A DNA stretch of 45,791 bases from Lachnospiraceae bacterium (GCA_045640945.1 JAZUGA010000087.1:1-45791), one strand, 5' to 3'. Positions 24,964-34,322 are shown, numbered from the stretch's first letter. Notes: generated by a model not told the origin, from the letters alone. Numbers and translations are program-made.

Positions 24964-25899
24964 CTATTTTCCAGAAGTAATTTCTTCTAATAATTTCTTT
25001 TCTTCTTCCATTCCCGGGCTGGCTTCTTTTCCATAATAGAAAACAACGGCCATTCCCGGACCAATGCTTGCGCCGCAGCTCATATCTACCCGGTCGATAA
25101 TGATTTCTTTTGGATGAACTGCGTTCTTTACCATATCTGCTAAGATTTCTGCTACATCCTGCTTCATGGTATGTCCGATAAACATAATCTGATTTTCCGG
25201 ATCAACAACGGTTTTCTTTAAGTACTCGATGGTTGCATCCAGAGCTTTTTTCTTTCCCTTTACTTTTGCAAGAACTTCACTGATGCCTTCTCTGGAATAA
25301 TCGCCCATAGCGTTTACACCGACTAAAGTGCCGAAGAAAGCTTTAAAATTGGTAACTCGTCCGGTTCTTGCCAGGAAGAACAGGTCGTCCATAACACCCA
25401 TCTGATGGTAGCAGTTTTTGTTGGCTTCAATCCACTCTGCAACCTCTTCGATGGTCTTTCCCTCTGATCGCATTTCGTCTGCTTTAATTATCATCTGGGC
25501 AATGGCAAATCCATAACGCAAAGAGTCGATAATAATAATCTTTCGGTCTGGGTATTTTTCTTTCAGGCTTTCTGCCGCTTTCGTAAATACGCTGTAGGTA
25601 CCACTGATTCCCGTGGAAAGGGTCAGGCTTAAAACATCCATGCCAATTTTCAGATATCTTTCAAAAACATCTGCGGCGGCATCAATGCTGCCCACACCGG
25701 TTTTATAAATCGCTTTATGTTCCCGCATGGACATATAGTAATCGTCCGCGGAAATATCTTCCCAATCCAGAGTGGTATCATGAGCCGAGCCGTCCGGAAA
25801 AGTGATTCTGGTTTTAATATAATCCGGAACGTTGAACCGCTCCCTTAATTCCTGAGACATGGAACTGGCTGCGTCTGGTATGATTACAAAATCTGACAT
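24964..25899 (-). CDS. DegV-family fatty-acid-binding protein (FakB), second paralog
   Basis: 311 aa with DegV architecture (IIPDAASSM, LSTGISGTY). Confidence 0.88.
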   Translation of the reverse strand: MSDFVIIPDAASSMSQELRERFNVPDYIKTRITFPDGSAHDTTLDWEDISADDYYMSMREHKAIYKTGVGSIDAAADVFERYLKIGMDVLSLTLSTGISGTYSVFTKAAESLKEKYPDRKIIIIDSLRYGFAIAQMIIKADEMRSEGKTIEEVAEWIEANKNCYHQMGVMDDLFFLARTGRVTNFKAFFGTLVGVNAMGDYSREGISEVLAKVKGKKKALDATIEYLKKTVVDPENQIMFIGHTMKQDVAEILADMVKNAVHPKEIIIDRVDMSCGASIGPGMAVVFYYGKEASPGMEEEKKLLEEITSGK

Positions 25900-25996
25900 G
25901 TCTGACTTCCTTTCTGATGTGTATAATTACCCATATTATTTGAATATTTTACTCTTTTTGGTAGTAAGTTACAAGGTTTTACAGTATACTCTAGCC

Positions 25997-26989
25997 ATGA
26001 CTACACTAGATATCATTCTCATTATCATAGGCGCTCTGCTTGTTGCCGGAGGTCTGTTCTGGATTATTTTCATGAGCTATGTCTCCTGGAGAGTTTTTCA
26101 GGGAACTTTAGTCCGTACCTCTCCGGAAGTATGGGCCAGAGCCTGCTCGGAACCGACCAATGAAGAACAGCTGGCCATGTGGAATTATGGCCTTGCCTGG
26201 GCAGAAAAGCATGGAGCAAATATTGAAGACACCATGGCCGGAAAGATGAATGAGGGACCTTGCGTAAAAGACCTCTGTATTGAAAATGACGGTCTGAAGC
26301 TTTACGGTCAGTATTTTGACTTCGGCTTTCAACGAGCCGTTATCGTAATACCGGGAAGATGCGAATCCCTGATGTATTCCTATTTCTTCTCCGAGCCTTT
26401 TGAAAAAGCCGGCTTTAATGTTCTGGTCATCGATATCCGTGCTCATGGCATCTCCGATGGGAAATATGACCATGTAGGCGTTGGAGAACACAGAGATGTA
26501 ATTCAATGGGGCCAGCTGCTCCATGACTCTTATGGGAACGAAGAACTTTGGATCATGGGAATCTGTATGGGAGCCAACACGGCCATTCTGTCTCTGATTG
26601 AGTCGGATTGTCCGAATTACTTTAAAGGACTGGTTTCTGAAGGCATGTACATCAGCTTCAAAGAAAACTTTAAGCAGCACATGATTCATGACCACCGTCC
26701 AACCTTCCCGATTCTCTCTATGGTCATGGCTCTGGTGAAAAAGCATACGGGCACCGACGTTGACGCCATCCGCCCAATCGATCTCATCGACCGGGTAAAA
26801 GTTCCTGTCCTCTTTATTGCAGGCAGAAATGACTTTTATTCAAAAGCAGAATGCACTAAAATGTTATATGAAAAGTGTGGCGCGACGCGGAAGGAAATCG
26901 TCTGGTTTACGGAAGGAAATCATTCCCATTTACGTTTTGCAAATTTTGATGAATATGACAAAGCCATATTCGATTTTACCAATAAATAA
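25997..26989 (+). CDS. Membrane-anchored alpha/beta hydrolase with a Cys in the nucleophile elbow (G-I-C-M-G)
   Basis: I trimmed the track ORF to ATG 25997 (MTTLDIILIIIGALLVAGGLFWIIF, an N-terminal TM helix), because the upstream part overlaps the divergent degV start. The alpha/beta fold shows HG.SDG and GICMGAN. Confidence 0.7.
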   Translation: MTTLDIILIIIGALLVAGGLFWIIFMSYVSWRVFQGTLVRTSPEVWARACSEPTNEEQLAMWNYGLAWAEKHGANIEDTMAGKMNEGPCVKDLCIENDGLKLYGQYFDFGFQRAVIVIPGRCESLMYSYFFSEPFEKAGFNVLVIDIRAHGISDGKYDHVGVGEHRDVIQWGQLLHDSYGNEELWIMGICMGANTAILSLIESDCPNYFKGLVSEGMYISFKENFKQHMIHDHRPTFPILSMVMALVKKHTGTDVDAIRPIDLIDRVKVPVLFIAGRNDFYSKAECTKMLYEKCGATRKEIVWFTEGNHSHLRFANFDEYDKAIFDFTNK

Positions 26990-27019
26990 TTACCTGCTTT
27001 CCGCTTAGAAGGAGTAAAA

Positions 27020-27970
27020 ATGAAGTATATTAATGAGTTTCATGAGGGCGACAATATTGTAGGAATCTACCTGTGCAAACAGAAAAATTCTGCAATTACC
27101 AAGAATGGAAAAGAGTATGAAAATCTGACCATGTCTGACAAGACCGGTTCCTTAAACTGCAAAATCTGGGATCCGAATTCCATGGGCATCGGCGACTTTG
27201 ACGTAAACGACTACGTAGAAGTTCATGGCCGTGTTTCTGTTTTCAACGGAGCTCTGCAGTTATCCATCGACCGCGCATTCAAGGCCGACGAAGGAAGCTA
27301 TGACCCGGCAGATTATCTTCCGGTCAGCGAAAAGGACCCGAGCCAGATGTACAAGGAAATCACCGCTTATGTGAATTCCGTTCAGTCTCCTTATTTCCGT
27401 CTTCTGTTGGAAAGCTTTTTCGTAGAAGATGCAGCTTTCATTGCTGCTTTCAAATCTCATTCTGCTGCCAAATCCATCCATCACGGCTTTGTTGGCGGAC
27501 TGATGCAGCATACTTTGGCAGTATGTAATTTATGCGATTATTACTGCAAAACCTACACCAAGCTGAACCGTGACCTTTTAATCACCGCCGCCCTCTGCCA
27601 CGACATTGGCAAGGTTCGCGAGATTTCCGATTTTCCAATGAACGATTATACGGACGAAGGCCAGTTCTTAGGTCATATCGTCATGGGCGTGGAAATGGTG
27701 GATGAAAAAATCCGTGGAATTAAAGGCTTCCCAGCGATGAAAGCAACGGAGCTGAAGCATTGCATTATTTCCCATCATGGAGAATTAGAATTTGGCTCAC
27801 CAAAGAAACCGGCGATTATTGAAGCGGTTGCCCTGAATTTTGCAGACAACACCGACGCAAAGCTTCAGGCCTTTACCGAACTTTTAGAGAACAACACAAA
27901 TACAGACCCTGCGAATTTATGGATGGGCTTTTCCAGAACGTTTGACAGCAACATCCGTCCGACCGCTTAA
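27020..27970 (+). CDS. yhaM: 3'-5' exoribonuclease YhaM (OB-fold plus HD domain)
   Basis: 316 aa with an N-terminal OB fold and the HD motifs HH.F.GGL..HT and CHDIGK. AGGAG SD is present. Confidence 0.85.
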   Translation: MKYINEFHEGDNIVGIYLCKQKNSAITKNGKEYENLTMSDKTGSLNCKIWDPNSMGIGDFDVNDYVEVHGRVSVFNGALQLSIDRAFKADEGSYDPADYLPVSEKDPSQMYKEITAYVNSVQSPYFRLLLESFFVEDAAFIAAFKSHSAAKSIHHGFVGGLMQHTLAVCNLCDYYCKTYTKLNRDLLITAALCHDIGKVREISDFPMNDYTDEGQFLGHIVMGVEMVDEKIRGIKGFPAMKATELKHCIISHHGELEFGSPKKPAIIEAVALNFADNTDAKLQAFTELLENNTNTDPANLWMGFSRTFDSNIRPTA

Positions 27971-27998
27971 TTTGTCATGGGACTGATTTCAACAATAA

Positions 27999-30434
27999 AT
28001 GAACAGTAAAGTATTAAAAACTCTTGAATTTAATAAAATCTTAGAACAGCTTTCCCGCTTTGCATCCAGCGATGCGGGTGCTTTCATGTGCAGAAATTTG
28101 GAGCCTTCCACAGACCTGGAAGCCATTCAGACGGCACAGATCCAGACCACAGACGCCGTAACTCGTCTGAGAAAAAAACATGGACCGAATTTCGGCAATC
28201 TTCCGGACATCCGTCCTTCCGTGAAACGGCTGGAAATTTCCAGTCCTCTTTCCACAACGGAACTGCTGGAGATTTCCCTCTTGCTGGACGCAGCCGAATC
28301 CGTAAAGAAATTCCTCCGTCCGGAAACGGATGAAACTCCTCTGGATTCTCTTAGTTCTTATTACGAAGCCTTAGACGGCTGTCCAATGCTGAACAACGAA
28401 ATCAAGCGCTGCATTATCAGCTATGACGAGATTGCAGACGATGCCAGCCCGAAGCTGAAAGATATCCGCCGACATATGGGCATTGCCAAGGACCAGATTC
28501 AGCGAACCCTGAACCGGATTCTTTCTTCTTCCACCATGAAGCCTTATCTGCAGGACAGTCTGGTTACCATGCGTAACGGCAGATATTGTATTCCGGTCAA
28601 GAACGAACATCGTGCCCATGTTGACGGCATGATTCACGACCAGTCCGGCTCCGGCTCTACTGTATTTATCGAGCCTGCAGCTGTTGTAAATTTAAATAAC
28701 CAGTTGAAGGAACTGGACCTGGCGGAAAAAGCAGAAATTCAGGTGATTTTAGAGCATCTGTCCAATCAGGCCGCTGCGGTCCGTAAGAATCTTTCCATCG
28801 ACTATGCGCTTCTGGTAGAGCTGGATTTCATTTTCGCAAAAGCCCGTTATTCCGAAAGCATTCATGGCAATGCGCCGGAATTTAACGATAAAGGAATCGT
28901 AGATTTAAAACAGGCCCGGCATCCATTACTGGGCGTAAAAAATGCCGTTCCGATCAGTGTAAACATCGGCCGCGATTTCAACATGCTGATCGTTACCGGT
29001 CCGAATACTGGCGGTAAAACGGTTTCCTTAAAGACCGTAGGCCTCTTATGTCTGATGGGTCAGGCCGGTCTTCATATTCCTGCCTTTGATGGTTCTTCTC
29101 TTTGCATTTTCAATGAGATTTACGCGGACATTGGCGACGAACAAAGTATTGAACAAAGTCTTTCTACCTTCTCTTCCCACATGAAGAATATCGTAGAAAT
29201 TTTAGATAAAGCAGACTCCGACAGTTTAGTTCTGTTAGACGAGTTATGCTCCGGAACGGATCCGACCGAAGGCGCTGCTCTGGCCCAGTCCATTCTTACC
29301 CGTCTGCTGTTCTTCGGCAGCAAGGTAATGGCAACTACCCACTACAGCGAGCTGAAAGTTTTCGCCATTTCCACAGAAGGAGTGCAGAACGCCTGCTGCG
29401 AGTTTGATGTAGAAACCTTAAGGCCGACCTATAAGCTGTTAATCGGTCTTCCAGGAAAAAGTAATGCATTTGCAATTTCCGGAAAGCTGGGTCTGGATGA
29501 GCGGATCATTGACGATGCCCGCACACGGATTGACCAGGGAAATATCGCTTTCGAAGACTTACTGGCCAACATTGAAATCGACAAGAAGACCGCGGAATTA
29601 GAAAGAAGCCAGGCCGCTGCAGATAAAGCAAAAGCCGCTGCCCTTTCTGAAAGATTAGAGCGGGAAAAAGAAGAACTGGATCGAAAGAAAAAAGCCATTC
29701 TCCGAGAGGCCAATGAAGAGGCCTATGCCGTTCTTCAGCAGGCGAAGGATTACGCGGACATGGCGATTAAAGATATCCGTAAAGCAGAAAAAGGCAGCAT
29801 CAATCTGAGCGCTTTAGAGCGTACCCGTACGGAGGTTGGCCGTAAAGCCAAGGATTCTCTGGAGAAGCTTTCCTTTAAGCCGGAAAAACAGGCTTCCACC
29901 AAAACCTTTAATGCAGACCAGATGAAAGTCGGAGACCCGGTACATGTAAATTCCATGAATATGGATGGTATCGTTACTTCTGGCCCAGACTCTAAGAAAA
30001 TGGTCGGTGTCCAGTTCGGCAGCATGAACATGCAGGTAAAATTATCGGATTTAAGCTACGCCGAAGAGACTATGGAAAATGCAGAGAAATCTGCTATCGG
30101 CAAACGTGGCTTCGTTAACGGTAAGAGCAAAGCCGGAAAGCCACTGGAAGGAAGCAACATTGGCAGCCTGAAGTATGAAAAGGCTCTCGGGGTCTCCACG
30201 GAACTTAAAATTTTAGGTTTAACTGTAGACGATGCTATGTTAGAGTTAAGTAAGTATATTGATGATGCTTCCATGGCCCATATTGAAAAGGTTCGTATTG
30301 TTCATGGAAAAGGAACAGGCGCTTTACGGAATGCCGTATGGCATTATCTGAAACGCGATAAACGAATTAAAAAATATTATCAGGCAGAATATGGCGAAGG
30401 CGACGCTGGCGTTACCATCGCAGAATTAAAATAA
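27999..30434 (+). CDS. mutS2: Endonuclease MutS2 (MutS ATPase plus C-terminal Smr domain)
   Basis: 811 aa with Walker A GPNTGGKT, DE..SGTDP, a coiled-coil region and the Smr motif VHGKGTGALR. Confidence 0.95.
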   Translation: MNSKVLKTLEFNKILEQLSRFASSDAGAFMCRNLEPSTDLEAIQTAQIQTTDAVTRLRKKHGPNFGNLPDIRPSVKRLEISSPLSTTELLEISLLLDAAESVKKFLRPETDETPLDSLSSYYEALDGCPMLNNEIKRCIISYDEIADDASPKLKDIRRHMGIAKDQIQRTLNRILSSSTMKPYLQDSLVTMRNGRYCIPVKNEHRAHVDGMIHDQSGSGSTVFIEPAAVVNLNNQLKELDLAEKAEIQVILEHLSNQAAAVRKNLSIDYALLVELDFIFAKARYSESIHGNAPEFNDKGIVDLKQARHPLLGVKNAVPISVNIGRDFNMLIVTGPNTGGKTVSLKTVGLLCLMGQAGLHIPAFDGSSLCIFNEIYADIGDEQSIEQSLSTFSSHMKNIVEILDKADSDSLVLLDELCSGTDPTEGAALAQSILTRLLFFGSKVMATTHYSELKVFAISTEGVQNACCEFDVETLRPTYKLLIGLPGKSNAFAISGKLGLDERIIDDARTRIDQGNIAFEDLLANIEIDKKTAELERSQAAADKAKAAALSERLEREKEELDRKKKAILREANEEAYAVLQQAKDYADMAIKDIRKAEKGSINLSALERTRTEVGRKAKDSLEKLSFKPEKQASTKTFNADQMKVGDPVHVNSMNMDGIVTSGPDSKKMVGVQFGSMNMQVKLSDLSYAEETMENAEKSAIGKRGFVNGKSKAGKPLEGSNIGSLKYEKALGVSTELKILGLTVDDAMLELSKYIDDASMAHIEKVRIVHGKGTGALRNAVWHYLKRDKRIKKYYQAEYGEGDAGVTIAELK

Positions 30435-30448
30435 TAAAGGAGATCACT

Positions 30449-31009
30449 ATGGAATCAAAAATTCAGTCTTTTGCAAAAGAAGTAGAAATTTCCGATTATG
30501 TTGAGAATTGCGTTGATGTTGAGTACTTCCTTGGTTGCTGCAGCAAATGTCCAAACTACGGAAAAACATGGAGCTGTCCTCCATACGACTTTAACCCTTT
30601 AGATTACTGGAATCAGTTTAAGACTTTTTATATTGTTGCGAAGAAGATTGCGACTCCTTCCGATATGCTGGAGAAAACTTATGAACTGGATGATATTATC
30701 CGCCTCGGCGGTCAGCTTACCCATGAAGCAAATCTGGCATACTTAGATGAAATCGCCATTTTGAAAGAACAGTATCCAGAAGCAAAGACCTTAAGCAGTG
30801 GTCCTTGCACAACCTGTGGTATGGACAATTGTGCCCGCAAGTTTAACCAGCCTTGCCGATTCCCGGATAAGATGGACTACTCCATCGAAAGTCTGGGTGG
30901 AAACGTTGAAGCGGTTCTTAAGAGATACTTTGACGAAGCCATTTACTGGGGCAAGGACGGCCACCTGGCTCCTTCCTACATTAAGGTTGGTGGCATTTTA
31001 CTGAAATAA
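30449..31009 (+). CDS. DUF2284-like predicted metal-binding protein
   Basis: 186 aa with the Cys motifs CSKCPNYGKTWSCPP and C..C....C typical of this family. AAGGAG SD is present. Confidence 0.65.
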   Translation: MESKIQSFAKEVEISDYVENCVDVEYFLGCCSKCPNYGKTWSCPPYDFNPLDYWNQFKTFYIVAKKIATPSDMLEKTYELDDIIRLGGQLTHEANLAYLDEIAILKEQYPEAKTLSSGPCTTCGMDNCARKFNQPCRFPDKMDYSIESLGGNVEAVLKRYFDEAIYWGKDGHLAPSYIKVGGILLK

Positions 31010-31034
31010 AAACATATATGAGATTTTCGTTTTG

Positions 31035-31075
31035 CCCTGGGATTATTCGTAAAAATCCCAGGGTTTATATATTTT
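31035..31075 (+). terminator. Rho-independent terminator
   Basis: ccctgggatt (31035..31044) pairs with aatcccaggg (31054..31063), followed by a T-rich tract. Confidence 0.75.
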
Positions 31076-31222
31076 ATAGCGTTTCCATTTAATAAAAAAC
31101 TTACTTTCTGCAATTTTTTTCCAAACTAAGGTTTGACATAGTTTGAAATCATTCACAACTGTATTTTTTCTTCTAAACTAAGATAAAATTTCAAGAATTG
31201 GTAAAGTTAGAATCATATTTTA

Positions 31223-31771
31223 TCACCAAGTATGATGATGGAGCTGACCTTCCGTTTCCAGATCCAAATAATTATTCTGGCGCAAAGCTTCATAAAGAAC
31301 CACCGCCACAGAGTTGGATAAGTTCAGGCTTCTCTGCTCCTTCGCCATGGGAATTCTTATGCAGGTGTCTTTATTATCCATGAGAATTTCTTCCGGAATC
31401 CCGGCGCTTTCTTTTCCAAACATAATATAATCGCCGTCTTTGAACGGGGCCCGATCATGGGTCACTTTCGCTTTTGTCGTAGCCATCCAAAGCTTGGCTT
31501 TGCCCGACTCTTCTTCTCCCTTCAGCGGCTGGCCGCTTCCGAAAATATCTACTTTGTCTTTATTCTTTTCAACGAAATCTCTCCAGCTGTCATAAATGGT
31601 TACATCCAGATCTTTCCAATAATCCATGCCGGCCCGTTTCAGATTTTTGTCGTTAATGATGAAACCCATAGGCTCGATTAAATGAAGTCTGCTTCCCGTG
31701 CAGAGACAAGTTCTGCCTATGTTGCCCGTGTTTGCCGGAATTTCCGGCTCTAAAAGTACGATATTGAACAT
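31223..31771 (-). CDS. trmL: tRNA (cytidine/uridine-2'-O-)-methyltransferase TrmL (SpoU family)
   Basis: I trimmed the track ORF (273 aa) to ATG 31771 (MFNIVLLEPEIPANTGNIGRTC...), which is preceded by GGGAGA. The SPOUT motifs NTGNIGR and FGKESAGIPEE are present. The His/Arg-rich N-terminal 91 aa of the track ORF is antisense to another small ORF. Confidence 0.85.
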   Translation of the reverse strand: MFNIVLLEPEIPANTGNIGRTCLCTGSRLHLIEPMGFIINDKNLKRAGMDYWKDLDVTIYDSWRDFVEKNKDKVDIFGSGQPLKGEEESGKAKLWMATTKAKVTHDRAPFKDGDYIMFGKESAGIPEEILMDNKDTCIRIPMAKEQRSLNLSNSVAVVLYEALRQNNYLDLETEGQLHHHTW

Positions 31772-31845
31772 AATTTCTCCCTTTCTTTGGAAAACATTAT
31801 AAGAAATTATTTGAATTCCCGCTACAATATTATAAAATATATTGT

Positions 31846-32019
31846 ATGAATAATTGTGATACCTGTGCGTTTTACGTATACGATGAATATTATGACGACT
31901 ATGTCTGTGACGTAAACATGGACGAAGACGATGTCGCCCGTTTAATGTCCGGAAACTATAAGGAATGTCCGTATTGGCGGAACGGTGATGAGTACGAAAC
32001 GGTCCGTCATCAGATGTAA
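31846..32019 (+). CDS. Small acidic Cys-rich protein (57 aa, CxxC...C...CP), missing from the ORF track
   Basis: The ORF reads MNNCDTCAFYVYDEYYDDYVCDVNMDEDDVARLMSGNYKECPYWRNGDEYETVRHQM. It sits in an otherwise empty 360-bp gap and resembles a small conserved clostridial family (possibly DUF6472, from memory). The promoter is TTGAAT-16-TAAAAT, with the ATG 7 nt downstream. Confidence 0.6.
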   Translation: MNNCDTCAFYVYDEYYDDYVCDVNMDEDDVARLMSGNYKECPYWRNGDEYETVRHQM

Positions 32020-32127
32020 TTCCGATTTCATTTTTTGGACACATTTTTTATTATATAATCAGTGTATAAATGGCTGAAGAGCCCTATACGATAGAGCAAT
32101 TTTTATTTATCAAACCGGGAGGTAATT

Positions 32128-33318
32128 ATGTCAGACAAAATCACTCTTGAACTTGCTACAGAAGAAGTTCCAACTTTAGATTTAGGACCTGCTACTCCTG
32201 CAACTGTTTCATCCCCTATCGTTGAGGATGCAACAAATGCAATCATTGCAGCAGAAAACAGTGAAGCATATCTGGAGAATGTAAATCTTACCGATGAAGA
32301 ACAGCAGATGGTAGATGAATTCTCTGCAAAAATCGACCTGAAAGATTCCAATATCGTTCTTCAGTACGGTGCAGCTGCTCAGGCAAAAATCGCTGAATTT
32401 TCCGATAATGCTCTTGACGGAGTAAAGACCAAAGACCTTGGTGCCATCGGAGACGATGTTACTGCTCTTATTACAGAATTAAAGGGATTTGATATTGATG
32501 CCGAGGAAAAGGGATTCTTCGCAAAACTGTTCAAAAAGACTTCCAATTCCATTCAGACTCTGACTGCAAAATATGATACTGCAGAACGTAATGTTAACAA
32601 AATTGTCGGCACTCTTCAGGACCATCAGAACGAATTATTAACGGATATCGTTATGCTGGACAAGATGTACGAGTCCAACCTTACTTACTTCAAGGAGCTG
32701 ACCATGTACATTCTGGCAGGCAAAAAGAAACTGGAAGAAGAACAGAATACAACGTTAGTAGAATTGAAGAAAAAAGCTGAGGAATCCGGCTTAGCAGAAG
32801 ATGCTCAGGCTGCAAACGATTTCTCTGCTCTCTGTGACCGTTTCGACAAGAAGCTCCATGATCTGGAACTGACCCGTGCCATCAGCATGCAGATGGCTCC
32901 ACAGATTCGTCTGGTTCAGAACAACGACACTTTAATGACCGAAAAGATTCAGTCCACCATCACTAACACCATTCCATTATGGAAGAATCAGATGGTATTA
33001 GCTTTAAGCATGTCCCATGCAAGTGAAGCTATGAAGGCTGAGCAGGAAGTTAACGAATTCACCAACAAGCTGATCGAGCAGAATGCTGAAACTCTGAAAC
33101 AGGGCTCCATCGAAGTTGCTCAGGAAAGCGAAAAAGGCATTGTAAGCATCGAGACTGTTAAAATTGCAAATCAGCAGCTTATCGAATCCCTGGACGAAGT
33201 TGTTCGTATTCAGGAAGAAGGCCGTGCAAAGAGAAGAGACGCAGAACTTGAACTTGGCCGTATTGAAGTGGAACTGAAACAGAAACTTCTTGATATCCGA
33301 AACATCGAAAATCAATAG
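32128..33318 (+). CDS. telA: Toxic anion resistance protein TelA/YaaN family
   Basis: 396 aa with a coiled-coil-rich, TelA-like layout. GGGAGG SD is present. It is paired with an XpaC-like gene, as in Bacillus. Confidence 0.8.
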   Translation: MSDKITLELATEEVPTLDLGPATPATVSSPIVEDATNAIIAAENSEAYLENVNLTDEEQQMVDEFSAKIDLKDSNIVLQYGAAAQAKIAEFSDNALDGVKTKDLGAIGDDVTALITELKGFDIDAEEKGFFAKLFKKTSNSIQTLTAKYDTAERNVNKIVGTLQDHQNELLTDIVMLDKMYESNLTYFKELTMYILAGKKKLEEEQNTTLVELKKKAEESGLAEDAQAANDFSALCDRFDKKLHDLELTRAISMQMAPQIRLVQNNDTLMTEKIQSTITNTIPLWKNQMVLALSMSHASEAMKAEQEVNEFTNKLIEQNAETLKQGSIEVAQESEKGIVSIETVKIANQQLIESLDEVVRIQEEGRAKRRDAELELGRIEVELKQKLLDIRNIENQ

Positions 33319-33376
33319 TTATTAACTTTCCGGCTTCGTAAAAAGCGAAGACTGGGAAATATTTTGAGGAAACAGT

Positions 33377-34252
33377 ATGAATAAAAAACAAACCGGTGGC
33401 GGAGGAATTATCGCTGGAATCGTTATCATTGTCTGTGTTCTGGGATTAGTATTTTCCCGTAACGCAGCTCCTAGGCTTTTCAGTTTTCTCCGTTGGGCCC
33501 TGATTATTGTAGTTATTTTAGTTGCCCTTCTTGTTGCATTGATTATTTTCTTTGCCAGAAGAGCTTCGAAAAAGGATGACAAGGAGAAAAAAGAGTCTCC
33601 TACTTCCACCTCCAGTAATATGGCTCATCTGGATCCAGAACAAGCTGCAACGATTAAAAAAGGCCGCGAAGACTTGCTTGAGGTCCGGATGTTATCCTCC
33701 CGTATCAAGAATTTTGATATCCGTTCTTCTCTCACCAATGTTGCGAAGACTGCAGAAAAGATTCTTGTTACTTTAAAAGATCGTCCGGAGAAGATTGCTT
33801 CTTCCCGCCAGTTTACCCATTACTATCTCCCTACTCTGAGAGAAGTAATCACCAAATATGTCCGTGTAGAATCCAGTGGTGTCAGCACAGAAGACATGCC
33901 GGAAAAGATTATCTCCTATCTGGCAAATGTTCAGAAAGCTTTAGACAAACAGTATTCCAATCTGTTTGACGACGATAAGCTGGATATGACGGTGGACATG
34001 GAAGCTATGACCATCGCAATCAAGAGAGACGGTCTTTTAGACGAAGACGATTTCAAGAAGATGGAAGCAGCAAAGGAAGAGGCGGAAAAGCCTGTTCCAG
34101 AGCCTGAACCGGAAGTTCCGGAAGCGCCTGACCCAGTAGTTGATTTAGAAGGAACCTTAGAAAAAGTAGAAGGTGAAATCTTAGATGCGAACGGTCAGCC
34201 GATCGAAGAAGTTATCGCTACTGCAGTAAAAGAAGACGAACTGGTTCACTAA
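33377..34252 (+). CDS. xpaC: XpaC-like (5-bromo-4-chloroindolyl phosphate hydrolysis) membrane protein
   Basis: 291 aa with two N-terminal TM helices and a helical cytoplasmic domain. It lies immediately downstream of telA. Confidence 0.55.
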   Translation: MNKKQTGGGGIIAGIVIIVCVLGLVFSRNAAPRLFSFLRWALIIVVILVALLVALIIFFARRASKKDDKEKKESPTSTSSNMAHLDPEQAATIKKGREDLLEVRMLSSRIKNFDIRSSLTNVAKTAEKILVTLKDRPEKIASSRQFTHYYLPTLREVITKYVRVESSGVSTEDMPEKIISYLANVQKALDKQYSNLFDDDKLDMTVDMEAMTIAIKRDGLLDEDDFKKMEAAKEEAEKPVPEPEPEVPEAPDPVVDLEGTLEKVEGEILDANGQPIEEVIATAVKEDELVH

Positions 34253-34266
34253 ACAAAACATAATTT

Positions 34267-34298
34267 AAGCCCGGCAATTTGCCGGGCTTTTATTTTTT
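34267..34298. terminator. Bidirectional terminator between xpaC and the his operon
   Basis: aagcccggc (34267..34275) pairs with gccgggctt (34281..34289), followed by a T run. Confidence 0.8.
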
Positions 34299-34322
34299 CA
34301 AAATATTTTCACGGTCTCAAAA

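Noticed and set aside
25859-25996. The upstream extension of the alpha/beta hydrolase ORF (MELAASGMITKSDM...)
   Set aside because: It overlaps the start and SD of the divergent degV gene on the other strand, has no SD of its own, and precedes the obvious N-terminal TM helix.
31065-31222. An A/T-rich 160-bp gap between convergent genes that contains a TTGACA and a repeated aaactaag; a possible small RNA
   Set aside because: There is no properly spaced -10, no terminator, and no convincing secondary structure or ORF. It is probably just a 3' intergenic spacer.
31772-32044. The N-terminal 91 aa of the track ORF 31223..32044 (a His/Arg-rich extension of trmL)
   Set aside because: The TrmL homology begins at MFNIVLLEPE, which has its own SD at 31771. 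The extension is compositionally abnormal and is antisense to the better-supported 57-aa Cys-rich ORF.
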